This document shows positions 1 through 8,627 of a stretch of DNA of 64,000 nt, in pieces. Below the pieces are notes generated by a model. That model made no database searches. It was not told the origin of the DNA and saw only the letters and a list, made by a program, of their open reading frames with translations. The first letter of the stretch is position 1; each line of letters starts with the position of its first letter. Position numbers and translations under genes: made by a program. Location: assembly GCA_015488615.1 (NCBI GenBank), contig WFNM01000021.1, positions 58-64,057 on the forward strand. Direction: 5' to 3'. The DNA is from Sulfurimonas sp. (lineage in GTDB: Bacteria; Campylobacterota; Campylobacteria; Campylobacterales; Sulfurimonadaceae).

Positions 1-845
1 GTTTTTGCATGTACCATAGTAAAAAGATTATAAGGCCAGTTGGCATACTTTGGTCGGAGGTAGCAGTGGCTTACCACACTAAACGCAGCTGCATTAGCAC
101 CTATGGCTTCTCCTTTTTCTTCATCTATATCCCATACTACCATCGCATTAGCATTGAAACCTGCTTTTCTGTGGTTAAGAATGGAAGCAAATCTTCTCAT
201 GATGCCAGCTTCTTGTAACTCTTGTAAAATGTTAAAAAAAGTTTCATAATCTGTACCAACTTCTTCTACTATCTTCGCAAAAGGTTCACTCACCATGTCG
301 ATGTCATACTGTGCTAAACGGATAATGTCACGATGGAGTTGTGTGAGTTCTATCTCTTTATGAACGACTTTTTTTACCTTCTCTTTTTTCTCATCTTTTC
401 CTGTAGTGTTAAGTTTAACATTTATTTTGAAAAGTTTGAGTGTTGGGAGCATTATGTACTCCTCGGCATGTGTGAGTTTTGCAATGAGAGCTACTGTTTT
501 GTCTAGTCCTAGTTCGCTTGTAGGGGGTACACCTAGTGTAAACCAGATGTTAAACTCGTGGTTACGTTCATAGTTATGTGAGATACCAGGATGTGAGTTG
601 ATGATTTCTACTGCACTGTCTATGAGTTCAGGAGCCATTTTAAGTGCGACAAGAGAAGAGCTGTAGCCTAGACGTTTAGTATCAAAGATAGCAGATGTTT
701 GTCTGATGATGCCATCAGCTTTTTCTTTTTGGAGGATAGATAAAACTTCCTCTTCACTCATATCTAACTCTTGAGCTATTGCTTCAAAGGGTTTTGGGAC
801 AAGTGGAAATTTTTTTTGTATTCTTGATAATATTTCGTTTTTCAT
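1..845 (-). CDS. nirDL: Siroheme decarboxylase, fused NirDL/AhbA-AhbB (Lrp/AsnC-like); partial, runs off the window start
   Basis: Not in the ORF track; translated by hand from the ATG at 845: MKNEILSRIQKKFPLVPKPFEAIAQEL...SHNYER... then a second repeat ...GIMRRFASILNHRKAGFNANAMVVWD...SHCYLRP...WPYNLFTMVH. Lies in the nir cluster. Confidence 0.88.
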   Translation of the reverse strand, partial: MKNEILSRIQKKFPLVPKPFEAIAQELDMSEEEVLSILQKEKADGIIRQTSAIFDTKRLGYSSSLVALKMAPELIDSAVEIINSHPGISHNYERNHEFNIWFTLGVPPTSELGLDKTVALIAKLTHAEEYIMLPTLKLFKINVKLNTTGKDEKKEKVKKVVHKEIELTQLHRDIIRLAQYDIDMVSEPFAKIVEEVGTDYETFFNILQELQEAGIMRRFASILNHRKAGFNANAMVVWDIDEEKGEAIGANAAAFSVVSHCYLRPKYANWPYNLFTMVHAK

Positions 846-875
846 TTTATAAGTTTTCCTAATTTATTTTAGACA

Positions 876-917
876 ATTGTAGTCTATATTTCGTTAATAG
901 AGTTTGATATATATCAC
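876..917 (-). promoter_or_regulatory. FNR/DNR-type box (904-917) plus -10 TACAAT (881-876) for nirDL
   Basis: TTGAT-atat-ATCAC, one mismatch to TTGAT-N4-ATCAA; 22 nt to the -10 hexamer on the minus strand. Confidence 0.75.
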
Positions 918-919
918 TT

Positions 920-2128
920 TTAGAGTTCTTTGAGTTTTGTAGAAAAGTAAAGAGAGATAAAGAGCATAAAAAGTGTAATACTATAAAGTACATTGTAGTT
1001 AAAAAAGTGTAATAAAAATCCACCAAGCAGAGAGAAAAAGAGACCAAAGGAAATGATATTTATCTGCAGGGCAATGTAGACTGGTCTTTTATGCTCTGGG
1101 GCAAGGGCTAAGATGAGATTACCAGAGGCTATACGGTTGCCATCTATAGCTCCCCCAATGATAAAGAAGATAAACATATACTCTTGGAGGGTGGAGGCTA
1201 TAAACGCAGTGGCTATGGCTACTATGTAGAGGCTTATGGAGATATTTGCCGTGAGCTTGTTATATCCTCGCCCACTGAGTCTTCCCCATAAAAAATTGCT
1301 CAGCATCGCACCAACCATCTGAGTAGTGATAAGCGAACCAATGGCAATACCATCTAAATCAATCTTCGTTTTTGCATCGAGGATGATAAAGGGTAGGGAT
1401 ATGAGATAAGCATAAGCGAGCAAAAATGTAGTGAGCTGTATCTGTAACTCTTTGTCAGACTTTAAGAGGGTAAAAGAGTTATGTAAAAACTTTCTAAAGG
1501 AGTTCTCTTTTTTCATGGTTTGTGTTTTTGCTGGCTCATCAACAGTAGCAAACGCGAGATACCCAAACGCCATGATAAAAGAACTAACTATAAATAAATA
1601 GCCATAACTTTGTGGAGCAGGGAAGGACTCTAGTATAAACGCAGCTAAAACTCCACTCATAAGCCCACCAAGAGCACTAAAAAACTGTCTATATGCCATA
1701 GTCTTGCCACGAAATTTTGGAGAGAAGATTTTAGCGATGATGTCTTTAAAGTAGATAGCCCCAAAGCCTGCACTAAATGAGAAGATAAAGAGACCAAGAC
1801 CTATACAAAAAAGTGTAAGATTTGGAGACTCTTTGCCAAAGAGAATGATACTTACACCTATGAAAAACCAAGCTAAAAAGCGTATGATAAAAACACGACG
1901 AATGTATGGGAGCATATAGGTGTAGGTTTGTGCTTGAAACGCAGCAAAGAGTTGCACGAGAATAGCTCCACCACGAAGCAGGGCTGCAAAGAAACCAACA
2001 AGAAGAGAGCTTCCGCCAAAGTAGTTGACTATAAGAGGTAAGATAGTAGAGGGTTCAGCGATAGTTGTCCCAATGGAGAGAAAAAAACCATGTAAAATAT
2101 TTCTCACATGGTTAGAAAACTTATCCAT
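920..2128 (-). CDS. MFS transporter
   Basis: About 12 hydrophobic segments; loop motifs KFRGK and WGRLSGRGYNK. The likely start MDKFSN at 2128 overlaps the upstream stop. Confidence 0.8.
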   Translation of the reverse strand: MDKFSNHVRNILHGFFLSIGTTIAEPSTILPLIVNYFGGSSLLVGFFAALLRGGAILVQLFAAFQAQTYTYMLPYIRRVFIIRFLAWFFIGVSIILFGKESPNLTLFCIGLGLFIFSFSAGFGAIYFKDIIAKIFSPKFRGKTMAYRQFFSALGGLMSGVLAAFILESFPAPQSYGYLFIVSSFIMAFGYLAFATVDEPAKTQTMKKENSFRKFLHNSFTLLKSDKELQIQLTTFLLAYAYLISLPFIILDAKTKIDLDGIAIGSLITTQMVGAMLSNFLWGRLSGRGYNKLTANISISLYIVAIATAFIASTLQEYMFIFFIIGGAIDGNRIASGNLILALAPEHKRPVYIALQINIISFGLFFSLLGGFLLHFFNYNVLYSITLFMLFISLYFSTKLKEL

Positions 2129-3017
2129 TGAGCTGTTCATAAGCCTCATCAATAGAGATTGCTTTTTGTGTTACAAAAAGAAAAATAGCTGCATTTAATC
2201 GTGCGAGTTTCATATACTCATCCGAAGGATTTTGGAGTTGATCAAGAGATTCTTGGAGTGTTATTTTATCCCATGATTTCTTATAATGAATTCCATAATG
2301 CTCAGGATCAATGATGAATTCTTCAAATCCATTTTGCTCAGCAATCCATAAACGCCCCTTACTAAAGAGTTCAGGTGTTCCCTCATTCCCTTGTATAAGA
2401 GCAAATCGCTTGTAACGCTCAGCAAAGATTGCTACATATTTTTTGACATAGGGTTTATGAAAAACACCTGTGATACCATAGTCACTCTTTGTGACATGAG
2501 GGAGTTTTTCTAGGGTGTTAAAAGCACTACGAAGCCCAACTCTGTTGCGAATCTCTGTAAGCTCATGAAGCTCTTTAAAGTAGTCTGCTCTATCAAAATA
2601 GTGAACATTTGAAGAAAAATCTTCATTCTGAGCAATATCTTTTATGGTGATACCACCCTTTGCTGGTTGCATATCATCACCCATCACAACTAAGCTTAAG
2701 TCACTCTCTTTGAGTACCTTTGCTACAAGTGGAAAGATATAAGGATTTTTTGCTTTGCCATCAAAGGGATAGCCAAGTTCTATAGAGTTTGTGAGCTCTT
2801 TAGTTTTGATGAGTGCATCACATGAAGCTAATGCTCCACGAAACTCTTCAACTGTTTCAGGTTTGAGCCTCCAGCCAAGAAGAAAGGCTGCTATCTCCTC
2901 GTTAGAAATATTCTTATTTAAGATTTGAGCCATCATATCTTGACTCTCTTCATAACTTAAGTCTCTATTTCCCTTAGGTCCTGTGCCTACGGCATGTATG
3001 TATTTAGTAAATTTCAT
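2121..3017 (-). CDS. YbiB/TrpD2-like protein (glycosyltransferase family 3, anthranilate phosphoribosyltransferase fold)
   Basis: N-terminal YIHAVGTGPKGNRDLSYEE, IAAFLLGWRLKPET, RVGLRSAFNT, GVFHKPY and IQGNEG, all typical of YbiB-like proteins. Confidence 0.75.
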   Translation of the reverse strand: MKFTKYIHAVGTGPKGNRDLSYEESQDMMAQILNKNISNEEIAAFLLGWRLKPETVEEFRGALASCDALIKTKELTNSIELGYPFDGKAKNPYIFPLVAKVLKESDLSLVVMGDDMQPAKGGITIKDIAQNEDFSSNVHYFDRADYFKELHELTEIRNRVGLRSAFNTLEKLPHVTKSDYGITGVFHKPYVKKYVAIFAERYKRFALIQGNEGTPELFSKGRLWIAEQNGFEEFIIDPEHYGIHYKKSWDKITLQESLDQLQNPSDEYMKLARLNAAIFLFVTQKAISIDEAYEQLNG

Positions 3018-3021
3018 AATA

Positions 3022-3345
3022 TTAGTTCAGTGCCTCGCTTATGATGTCTTGCAGATCACTATTTTCTGGGAATAGTTTAAAAGAGTGTGTGCTAAATGTA
3101 ATAGTAACTGCATCATTAGAAGCATCACCAATTTTTTCTGCGATAAGTTCATTGTACTTAAACGGAGTAATTCTCCATTTATTTTGCTTAGCAGCCTCAG
3201 TAATAAGTGTTGCTACTTTTTTTTGAGTAAGGTTCACTTTTGTTATTTTTCCATGATCTTCTGGAAATGTATGTGTCATAGAACAAGCACTTAGCATGAA
3301 TGCTGTTATAAGCGATATTAAAACTTTTGAAGTAAGAGTTTTCAT
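3022..3345 (-). CDS. Small lipoprotein of unknown function
   Basis: Signal peptide with lipobox LSAC; AAGGA RBS. Confidence 0.7.
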   Translation of the reverse strand: MKTLTSKVLISLITAFMLSACSMTHTFPEDHGKITKVNLTQKKVATLITEAAKQNKWRITPFKYNELIAEKIGDASNDAVTITFSTHSFKLFPENSDLQDIISEALN

Positions 3346-3361
3346 TTTTTATCCTTTTTAT

Positions 3362-4102
3362 CTAAAGTTTATTTTCAAACCATTGAAGTTGGTCTCTTAG
3401 TGAGACGACTTTACCAACAACTATAAGTGCTGGAGTTGGGATACCTTCTGCTTTTTGCACGATGTCTGCTAGTGTGCCAACAACTACTTTTTGCTCTTTT
3501 GTTGTTCCTCTGGAGATAACAGCACAAGGGTAGTCACTAGGCTTTCCTATCTCCATAAGTTTTGTAGAGATTTTAGGAAGATTATGTAGGCCCATCAAGA
3601 AGATGATAGTATCATCAGTTTTGAAGTTCTCCCAAGGAATCTGGGACTCTTTTTTGTTTGGTGACTCATGCCCAGTTACCACACGAAAGCTTACAGCCAC
3701 ACCACGATGAGTTACAGGAATTCCGGCATAAGCAGGAACACTAATAGCCGAAGTTATCCCCGGAATAATTTCATAGTTTACACCATGTTGGTGCAGATAA
3801 GCTCCCTCTTCACCACCACGACCAAAGACAAAAGGATCACCACCTTTTAAACGCACAACCACTTTATGCTTAAGTGCATTTTGATAGATGACATCATTTA
3901 TCTCATCTTGAGGGAGAGTATGTCTTCCATCTTCTTTGCCCACATAGACAAACTCGCAGCCATCTTTTGCCATATCAAGTATCTCAGGGTTAGCTAAACG
4001 ATCATAAATGATAACATCTGCTTCGGTGATAACACGGTGTGCTTTCATTGTAAGAAGTTCTATATCACCAGGTCCAGCACCTGTTAGGTAAACTCTGCTC
4101 AT
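3362..4102 (-). CDS. nirE: Uroporphyrinogen-III C-methyltransferase (NirE/CobA)
   Basis: VYLTGAGPGDIELLT, RLKGGDPFVFGRGGEE, IPGITSA; nir cluster context. Confidence 0.93.
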   Translation of the reverse strand: MSRVYLTGAGPGDIELLTMKAHRVITEADVIIYDRLANPEILDMAKDGCEFVYVGKEDGRHTLPQDEINDVIYQNALKHKVVVRLKGGDPFVFGRGGEEGAYLHQHGVNYEIIPGITSAISVPAYAGIPVTHRGVAVSFRVVTGHESPNKKESQIPWENFKTDDTIIFLMGLHNLPKISTKLMEIGKPSDYPCAVISRGTTKEQKVVVGTLADIVQKAEGIPTPALIVVGKVVSLRDQLQWFENKL

Positions 4103-5202
4103 TATTTTTCCTCTTTATAGATAAAGATACCAGAAGGTTTTTTGATAGTAAAAATCTCGCGTTTTAACCACCATCCTTTTGTATCTATGATGACTATTTT
4201 GTTGGCATCATTTACAGAAACCAACAAGCTAGGTCTCTCTGTAGACCAACGTAGATGCAGCACTTTTCCATTAAACTCAAATCTCTTTATCACTTTGAGT
4301 GTCGCAGTATCTATTATCTGAATCACTGGAAATTTCTTCCCACTAAATGTAACTGCAAGATATTTTTTATCTGGAGAAAGAGATGTGAATACAGGAAGAC
4401 CCTCTGTCTCTATGGCTGTTTTAAACTTAAAGTCAGGAGTATAAACAAGTACTTTGTTATCTCCAACTGCAGGAATGAAAACCTGAGAGTTACTTATACT
4501 CCAAAAACCAAAGTGTGGAACTTTAAGTACAGGTTTTCTATCATCAAGCAGAATTTTTATCTTCTTATAAGAAAGTGTATCTAAATTTACAACACCAAAC
4601 CATGGACTCTTAAAGAAACCAACTATGAGTTTATCTCCTTTAATCATCGCATCAAAAGGCATAGTTCCAACATCTTTGAACTCTTTTTGCAGTACAAACT
4701 TTGGTTGTTTTGTCCCTGGATGGATGTTTTTATAGATAGCTATGGCATCATTGTCCATTTCTGCAAATACAAGATAATCTTTGTAGATTTTTATACCAAC
4801 ATTACGAGAGCCTGTTTTTATTTTCTCAATAGGTTTTAAATCTCTTGAGAGAATATCTACACTTTTGTCATCGTAGTTTGCCACTGCCACATAGTTTTTA
4901 TTTATGACAAAACCAATAGCACTTTTAGAAGTTTTATATTCGGCAAGTTTTTTTTCACTTCTCGGGTCAAACTTAACTATATAACCATCTCTACTGATTA
5001 GATAACCATCGTTACCGTAAAATTTGATGACACCATGGTTCATATTATGCATGTTTTGCATATGAGTTCTTGGTAGACCATCTTCTATTACCGCTACAGA
5101 ATTACTTTCGCGTTCGACTACAAAAATTTTCTCTTTTGCTGGTAATGTTGTGTAAAGTGTAGATGCTACTAAGAGCCCTAAAAATAGTTTTTGAAATTTC
5201 AT
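4102..5202 (-). CDS. nirF: Heme d1 biosynthesis protein NirF (d1-type beta-propeller)
   Basis: VVERESNSVAVI, YLISRDG, SAIG, MPFDA, KVPHFGFW, GLPVF. The true start MKFQKLFL at 5202 (signal peptide) overlaps the nirJ stop (TAATG). Confidence 0.85.
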   Translation of the reverse strand: MKFQKLFLGLLVASTLYTTLPAKEKIFVVERESNSVAVIEDGLPRTHMQNMHNMNHGVIKFYGNDGYLISRDGYIVKFDPRSEKKLAEYKTSKSAIGFVINKNYVAVANYDDKSVDILSRDLKPIEKIKTGSRNVGIKIYKDYLVFAEMDNDAIAIYKNIHPGTKQPKFVLQKEFKDVGTMPFDAMIKGDKLIVGFFKSPWFGVVNLDTLSYKKIKILLDDRKPVLKVPHFGFWSISNSQVFIPAVGDNKVLVYTPDFKFKTAIETEGLPVFTSLSPDKKYLAVTFSGKKFPVIQIIDTATLKVIKRFEFNGKVLHLRWSTERPSLLVSVNDANKIVIIDTKGWWLKREIFTIKKPSGIFIYKEEK

Positions 5203-6323
5203 TACAGTGTTTCTCTCTCTTGTTTTGTTAGGTAGCATGATGGATCTTCTGCCCATATGTCACCGCTTATTGCATAAGCACGAGCACGGCTTCCACCATT
5301 GCATATATCTAGTTGCTTACATCCACTGCAGATACCACTAATCTGCGCTCTTGGATGTACTCGAAGTTTATCTAAAAGTTCCCCACTTTGCCAAATATTT
5401 CCAAAATCTTGCTTCATAATATTACCAACTGTAAGAGGGAAGAATGGATCTGGCCGTACATCTCCTTCACTATTTATGTTGAGAAGTTTACGTCCTGCTG
5501 AATTACCACCCCATTTTACAAGCCTCTCTCTCATTTTTTCTTTAAGTTGAGGATATTTAGAGGCAAACTTCTTGTAAAACATCACGGCATCCATCTCCAT
5601 ATTTCCAGTGACTATCTCTATATCTCGCCCTGTATCATAGTACTCAAAGGCTTTGTTTAAAATGAACTCAACAGCCTCTCTTCTTTGCTCTTTTGTCAAG
5701 TCCATTTTGAGATTATCTAAACCACGCCCTGAGTAGACAAGATGTGAGATATATATTTTTGGAATATTTTCTTTCTCAGCTAGGTCAAAAATATACTCGA
5801 GTGAGTTGATAGTATCTTTTGTCATAGTAAAGCGAATACCAACCTTTGCACCCGTGGCATTTGCAAGTTTTACTGCTTTGAGTGTCTCTTTAAAAGCACC
5901 TTTGAGTCCACGGAAGTAGTCGTGAGTTGGCTCATCGCCATCTATACTGATACCTACATAGTTAAAAGTGTCTACGATTCTTTGCACATTACCTTTTGTA
6001 AAGTAAAGCCCATTACTTGAGAGATAGGTGATGATTCCATTTTCTTTACAAAAATCAGCTATCTCAAAAAGATCTTTTCTGGTAAGTGGTTCTCCTCCTG
6101 AGAAGATAATAAACTTCACACCATTTTCTTTCATCTCTAAAATGGTTTTTTTAATCTGCTCCGTTGTGAGTGTATCTACTTCATCAAGAGTCGATTTTGA
6201 ATAACAATGTAGGCATGAGAGGTTACATCTGTTTGTAAAGTTCCAGATAGCTATGCTGCCATCTAAAACTCTCTCCTTTTTATCTTCAACTACTGAAGCA
6301 ATGAGGTTTGAAAGTCTAAACAT
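5202..6323 (-). CDS. nirJ: Heme d1 biosynthesis radical SAM protein NirJ
   Basis: WNFTNRCNLSCLHCY, SGGEPL, SPASM-like CSGC...CNGGSRARA...EDPSCYL. Confidence 0.92.
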   Translation of the reverse strand: MFRLSNLIASVVEDKKERVLDGSIAIWNFTNRCNLSCLHCYSKSTLDEVDTLTTEQIKKTILEMKENGVKFIIFSGGEPLTRKDLFEIADFCKENGIITYLSSNGLYFTKGNVQRIVDTFNYVGISIDGDEPTHDYFRGLKGAFKETLKAVKLANATGAKVGIRFTMTKDTINSLEYIFDLAEKENIPKIYISHLVYSGRGLDNLKMDLTKEQRREAVEFILNKAFEYYDTGRDIEIVTGNMEMDAVMFYKKFASKYPQLKEKMRERLVKWGGNSAGRKLLNINSEGDVRPDPFFPLTVGNIMKQDFGNIWQSGELLDKLRVHPRAQISGICSGCKQLDICNGGSRARAYAISGDIWAEDPSCYLTKQERETL

Positions 6324-6631
6324 TATTTTTTTCCTTTGTATGAAAGAATATAGTCACTTATAGCATCTAACTCTTTGTCTGAAAGATGAAGTTGTGTCAT
6401 CACACTGCGTTTATAGCCAAACTGTTTATACATTGATTGGGGAGAGATAATATATGCAATAATCTCTTCTTTCGTTCTTGAAGCTGCTATTTGATTAAAA
6501 GGAGGTCCAAATGCCATTGCTGTTTGATGATGACAACCCCAACAGTATGTTTCAAAGACTTTCTTACCATTTAATTTATCTGCATGAAGTAGGGAGAATG
6601 TTAATAATGTGAATAGAAAAAAGTGTTTCAT
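6323..6631 (-). CDS. nirC: Periplasmic monoheme cytochrome c (NirC/NirM-like)
   Basis: Signal peptide, CWGCH, distal Met (RSVM); first gene of the heme d1 operon. Confidence 0.7.
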   Translation of the reverse strand: MKHFFLFTLLTFSLLHADKLNGKKVFETYCWGCHHQTAMAFGPPFNQIAASRTKEEIIAYIISPQSMYKQFGYKRSVMTQLHLSDKELDAISDYILSYKGKK

Positions 6632-6667
6632 GATAAATCTCTTTTTAGATATTTTTTTTATGAGTTT

Positions 6668-6709
6668 ATTATAAGAAGTATTAATAAAAAAGAGGTTGAT
6701 TTATGTCAA
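6668..6709 (-). promoter_or_regulatory. FNR/DNR-type box (6696-6709) plus -10 TATAAT (6673-6668) for nirC-nirJ-nirF-nirE
   Basis: TTGAT-ttat-GTCAA; 22 nt to TATAAT on the minus strand. Confidence 0.8.
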
Positions 6710-6717
6710 TTTGAGAA

Positions 6718-6753
6718 GAAAAAAAGAGCTTCTCTCCAAAAGGAGAAAAGTTT
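6718..6753 (-). terminator. Rho-independent terminator after nirS
   Basis: Minus strand CTTTTCTCC-TTTT-GGAGAGAAG followed by CTC and a T-run. Confidence 0.7.
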
Positions 6754-6761
6754 AGAAAGAA

Positions 6762-8399
6762 TTAAGCACCTGGAATTGATTGGCGATGCTCAATAGAGTA
6801 AGTGAAAGTTGGTGTTGTTAAGCCTGTGATATATTTAACAAATTTACCAGTTTTAGCTTCATAGATACCGATACGACCAGTATTCCACTCTGAAACCATT
6901 GTCCATTTACCATGGTTTGCTGGTTCTGCATGTAAAATTCTAGGAATAATAGCTTTACCATTTTTATCTTTTACAGTAGGAACTTTCCAACTATAAAGAA
7001 CTTTATGTGTTACAGGATCAGTTATAGTACCCTTCTTTGTACCAACTGTAAGAATTCTATCAACTTCTAAAGTTTGCTTATTGATAAGTGTAATCTTATT
7101 CCAGTTTGTTGGACCACCAAGAACATTGTCAGACCAGATAAATGGAGTGTGCTCACTTGTTCCAACAAAAAGACCACCACCTGCAGTTTTTACACGTGCT
7201 ACAACATCCCAGTGGCTATCCCAGATAACACAGTCTCCCACATTCATGCTGTTTGTAGCATAGAGTTGGCCATATCTGTCGTTATACCAAGAAGATCCCT
7301 GACCTGGATGCGGCTTGCTTCCTGGACCAGTGTAGACTTTAGCAACTAAAGCTTTTGTTTTGAAGTCAACTACACCTATAACATCACTACCCTGTGATGC
7401 TTGCATGAGGTAACGACCAATCTCTTTACCTTCGTTTTCAAAACCATCATGAAGAATCTTACCTATGTTTGGAATATCACCAACGATAGGGTAGTTCTTT
7501 TTTGAGTAGTCAACAATGTAAACATGTCCAGCATCTTTGAGTGCAAAGGCAATATAAGGACCATAAGGTGTATCATAGACACCAGCTACTCGAGAAGGCT
7601 CAATATTTCCATCCATATCAATAACACTAGATGTTGGATATACTTTAAGGGGCTTGAGTGTCATAGCATCCATAAGAATAGCACCACCTGGTACATAGTT
7701 CCCGGCCATAAGATATTTACCATCTGGTGAAACTGCTAAACCGCGAGAATCAGTTCCAACTTGGATCTCTGCAATTTTTTGCTGACCTTTTGAAGCGAGG
7801 TCAAACATTGTTACTAATCCAGAACGAGAGATAGAGTAAGCATAACGTGGCTGGCGTTTGTTGGTTACGGTAACATGCACAGCAAAACCTGCAGGATGGC
7901 GTGAAAGTATTTTTCCTGTTGTTCCATCTATAAAGGTGACACGCTCAGCATCTCGTTCCGTTACAAAACAGATGTCGGTAACTTTTTTTACATCTACAGC
8001 ATGAGGATATTTCTTCATTAGTGCCATTCTGTTATTAAGCTGTTTCCATCCTGCTTTGACAGCACCTAAGGTAAGAACTTCAATTTTTTTGCCTTTAAAG
8101 TGTTGTAGATAATCAACCATTTTTTGTGCATCGGCCTTGTTCATTTTTTCTGCAAATGGAGGCATCGCTGTACCTGGTCGACCATTCAAAATAGTCTCAA
8201 CAAGTGTATAACTGTTTTTTTTCTCTAACTGTTTTGGGCGTAAGTCTGAACCTACTCCACCTTCATGGTTTGGTCCGTGACACCCTTGACACTCTTTTTC
8301 AAACATTTTTTCAACATTCATATTTGAAGTTCCAGCAAATAAGCTAGAACCTACTAATGCAAGTGAAGCTGCAGATATAACAAGTTTATTAAGTTTCAT
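6762..8399 (-). CDS. nirS: Cytochrome cd1 nitrite reductase
   Basis: Signal peptide; c domain CQGCH...GTAMP; d1 domain with GFAVH, ILHDG, KPHPGQG; adjacent heme d1 genes. Confidence 0.95.
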   Translation of the reverse strand: MKLNKLVISAASLALVGSSLFAGTSNMNVEKMFEKECQGCHGPNHEGGVGSDLRPKQLEKKNSYTLVETILNGRPGTAMPPFAEKMNKADAQKMVDYLQHFKGKKIEVLTLGAVKAGWKQLNNRMALMKKYPHAVDVKKVTDICFVTERDAERVTFIDGTTGKILSRHPAGFAVHVTVTNKRQPRYAYSISRSGLVTMFDLASKGQQKIAEIQVGTDSRGLAVSPDGKYLMAGNYVPGGAILMDAMTLKPLKVYPTSSVIDMDGNIEPSRVAGVYDTPYGPYIAFALKDAGHVYIVDYSKKNYPIVGDIPNIGKILHDGFENEGKEIGRYLMQASQGSDVIGVVDFKTKALVAKVYTGPGSKPHPGQGSSWYNDRYGQLYATNSMNVGDCVIWDSHWDVVARVKTAGGGLFVGTSEHTPFIWSDNVLGGPTNWNKITLINKQTLEVDRILTVGTKKGTITDPVTHKVLYSWKVPTVKDKNGKAIIPRILHAEPANHGKWTMVSEWNTGRIGIYEAKTGKFVKYITGLTTPTFTYSIEHRQSIPGA

Positions 8400-8429
8400 T
8401 TTATATCCTTTTATTATATAAAAGATAAA

Positions 8430-8458
8430 ATAAGCTCCTCTTTTTAAAGAGGACTTAT
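8430..8458 (-). terminator. Stem-loop between the nor genes and nirS (partial terminator or mRNA-stabilising hairpin)
   Basis: Minus strand ATAAG-TCCTCTTT-AA-AAAGAGGA-G-CTTAT followed by TTTATCTTT. Confidence 0.5.
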
Positions 8459-8465
8459 CAACACT

Positions 8466-8618
8466 TTATTCTTCATTCTCTAAACGTTTTTTCTCTTGGA
8501 AGTAAATAAATATCATAGGCAAAATAATAACCGTATGAAGAAAAATCGTTAAGGTTAAAGGTCCTTGGTTAATCCAGCCAAAAAAACTGGGTACAACATC
8601 TGTAAATGGTTCAAACAT
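8466..8618 (-). CDS. Unannotated 50-aa single-TM small protein directly after norB
   Basis: Translated by hand: MFEPFTDVVPSFFGWINQGPLTLTIFLHTVIILPMIFIYFQEKKRLENEE*. AAGGA RBS overlaps the norB stop. Confidence 0.75.
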   Translation of the reverse strand: MFEPFTDVVPSFFGWINQGPLTLTIFLHTVIILPMIFIYFQEKKRLENEE

Positions 8619-8627
8619 CTTCTTTCC

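Noticed and set aside
4102-5256. ORF-track start MGRRS... read as a TAT signal, or the gene called nirN or a second nirS
   Set aside because: The extension lies inside nirJ and the Sec-type start at 5202 is coupled to the nirJ stop. There is no CxxCH, so it is NirF.
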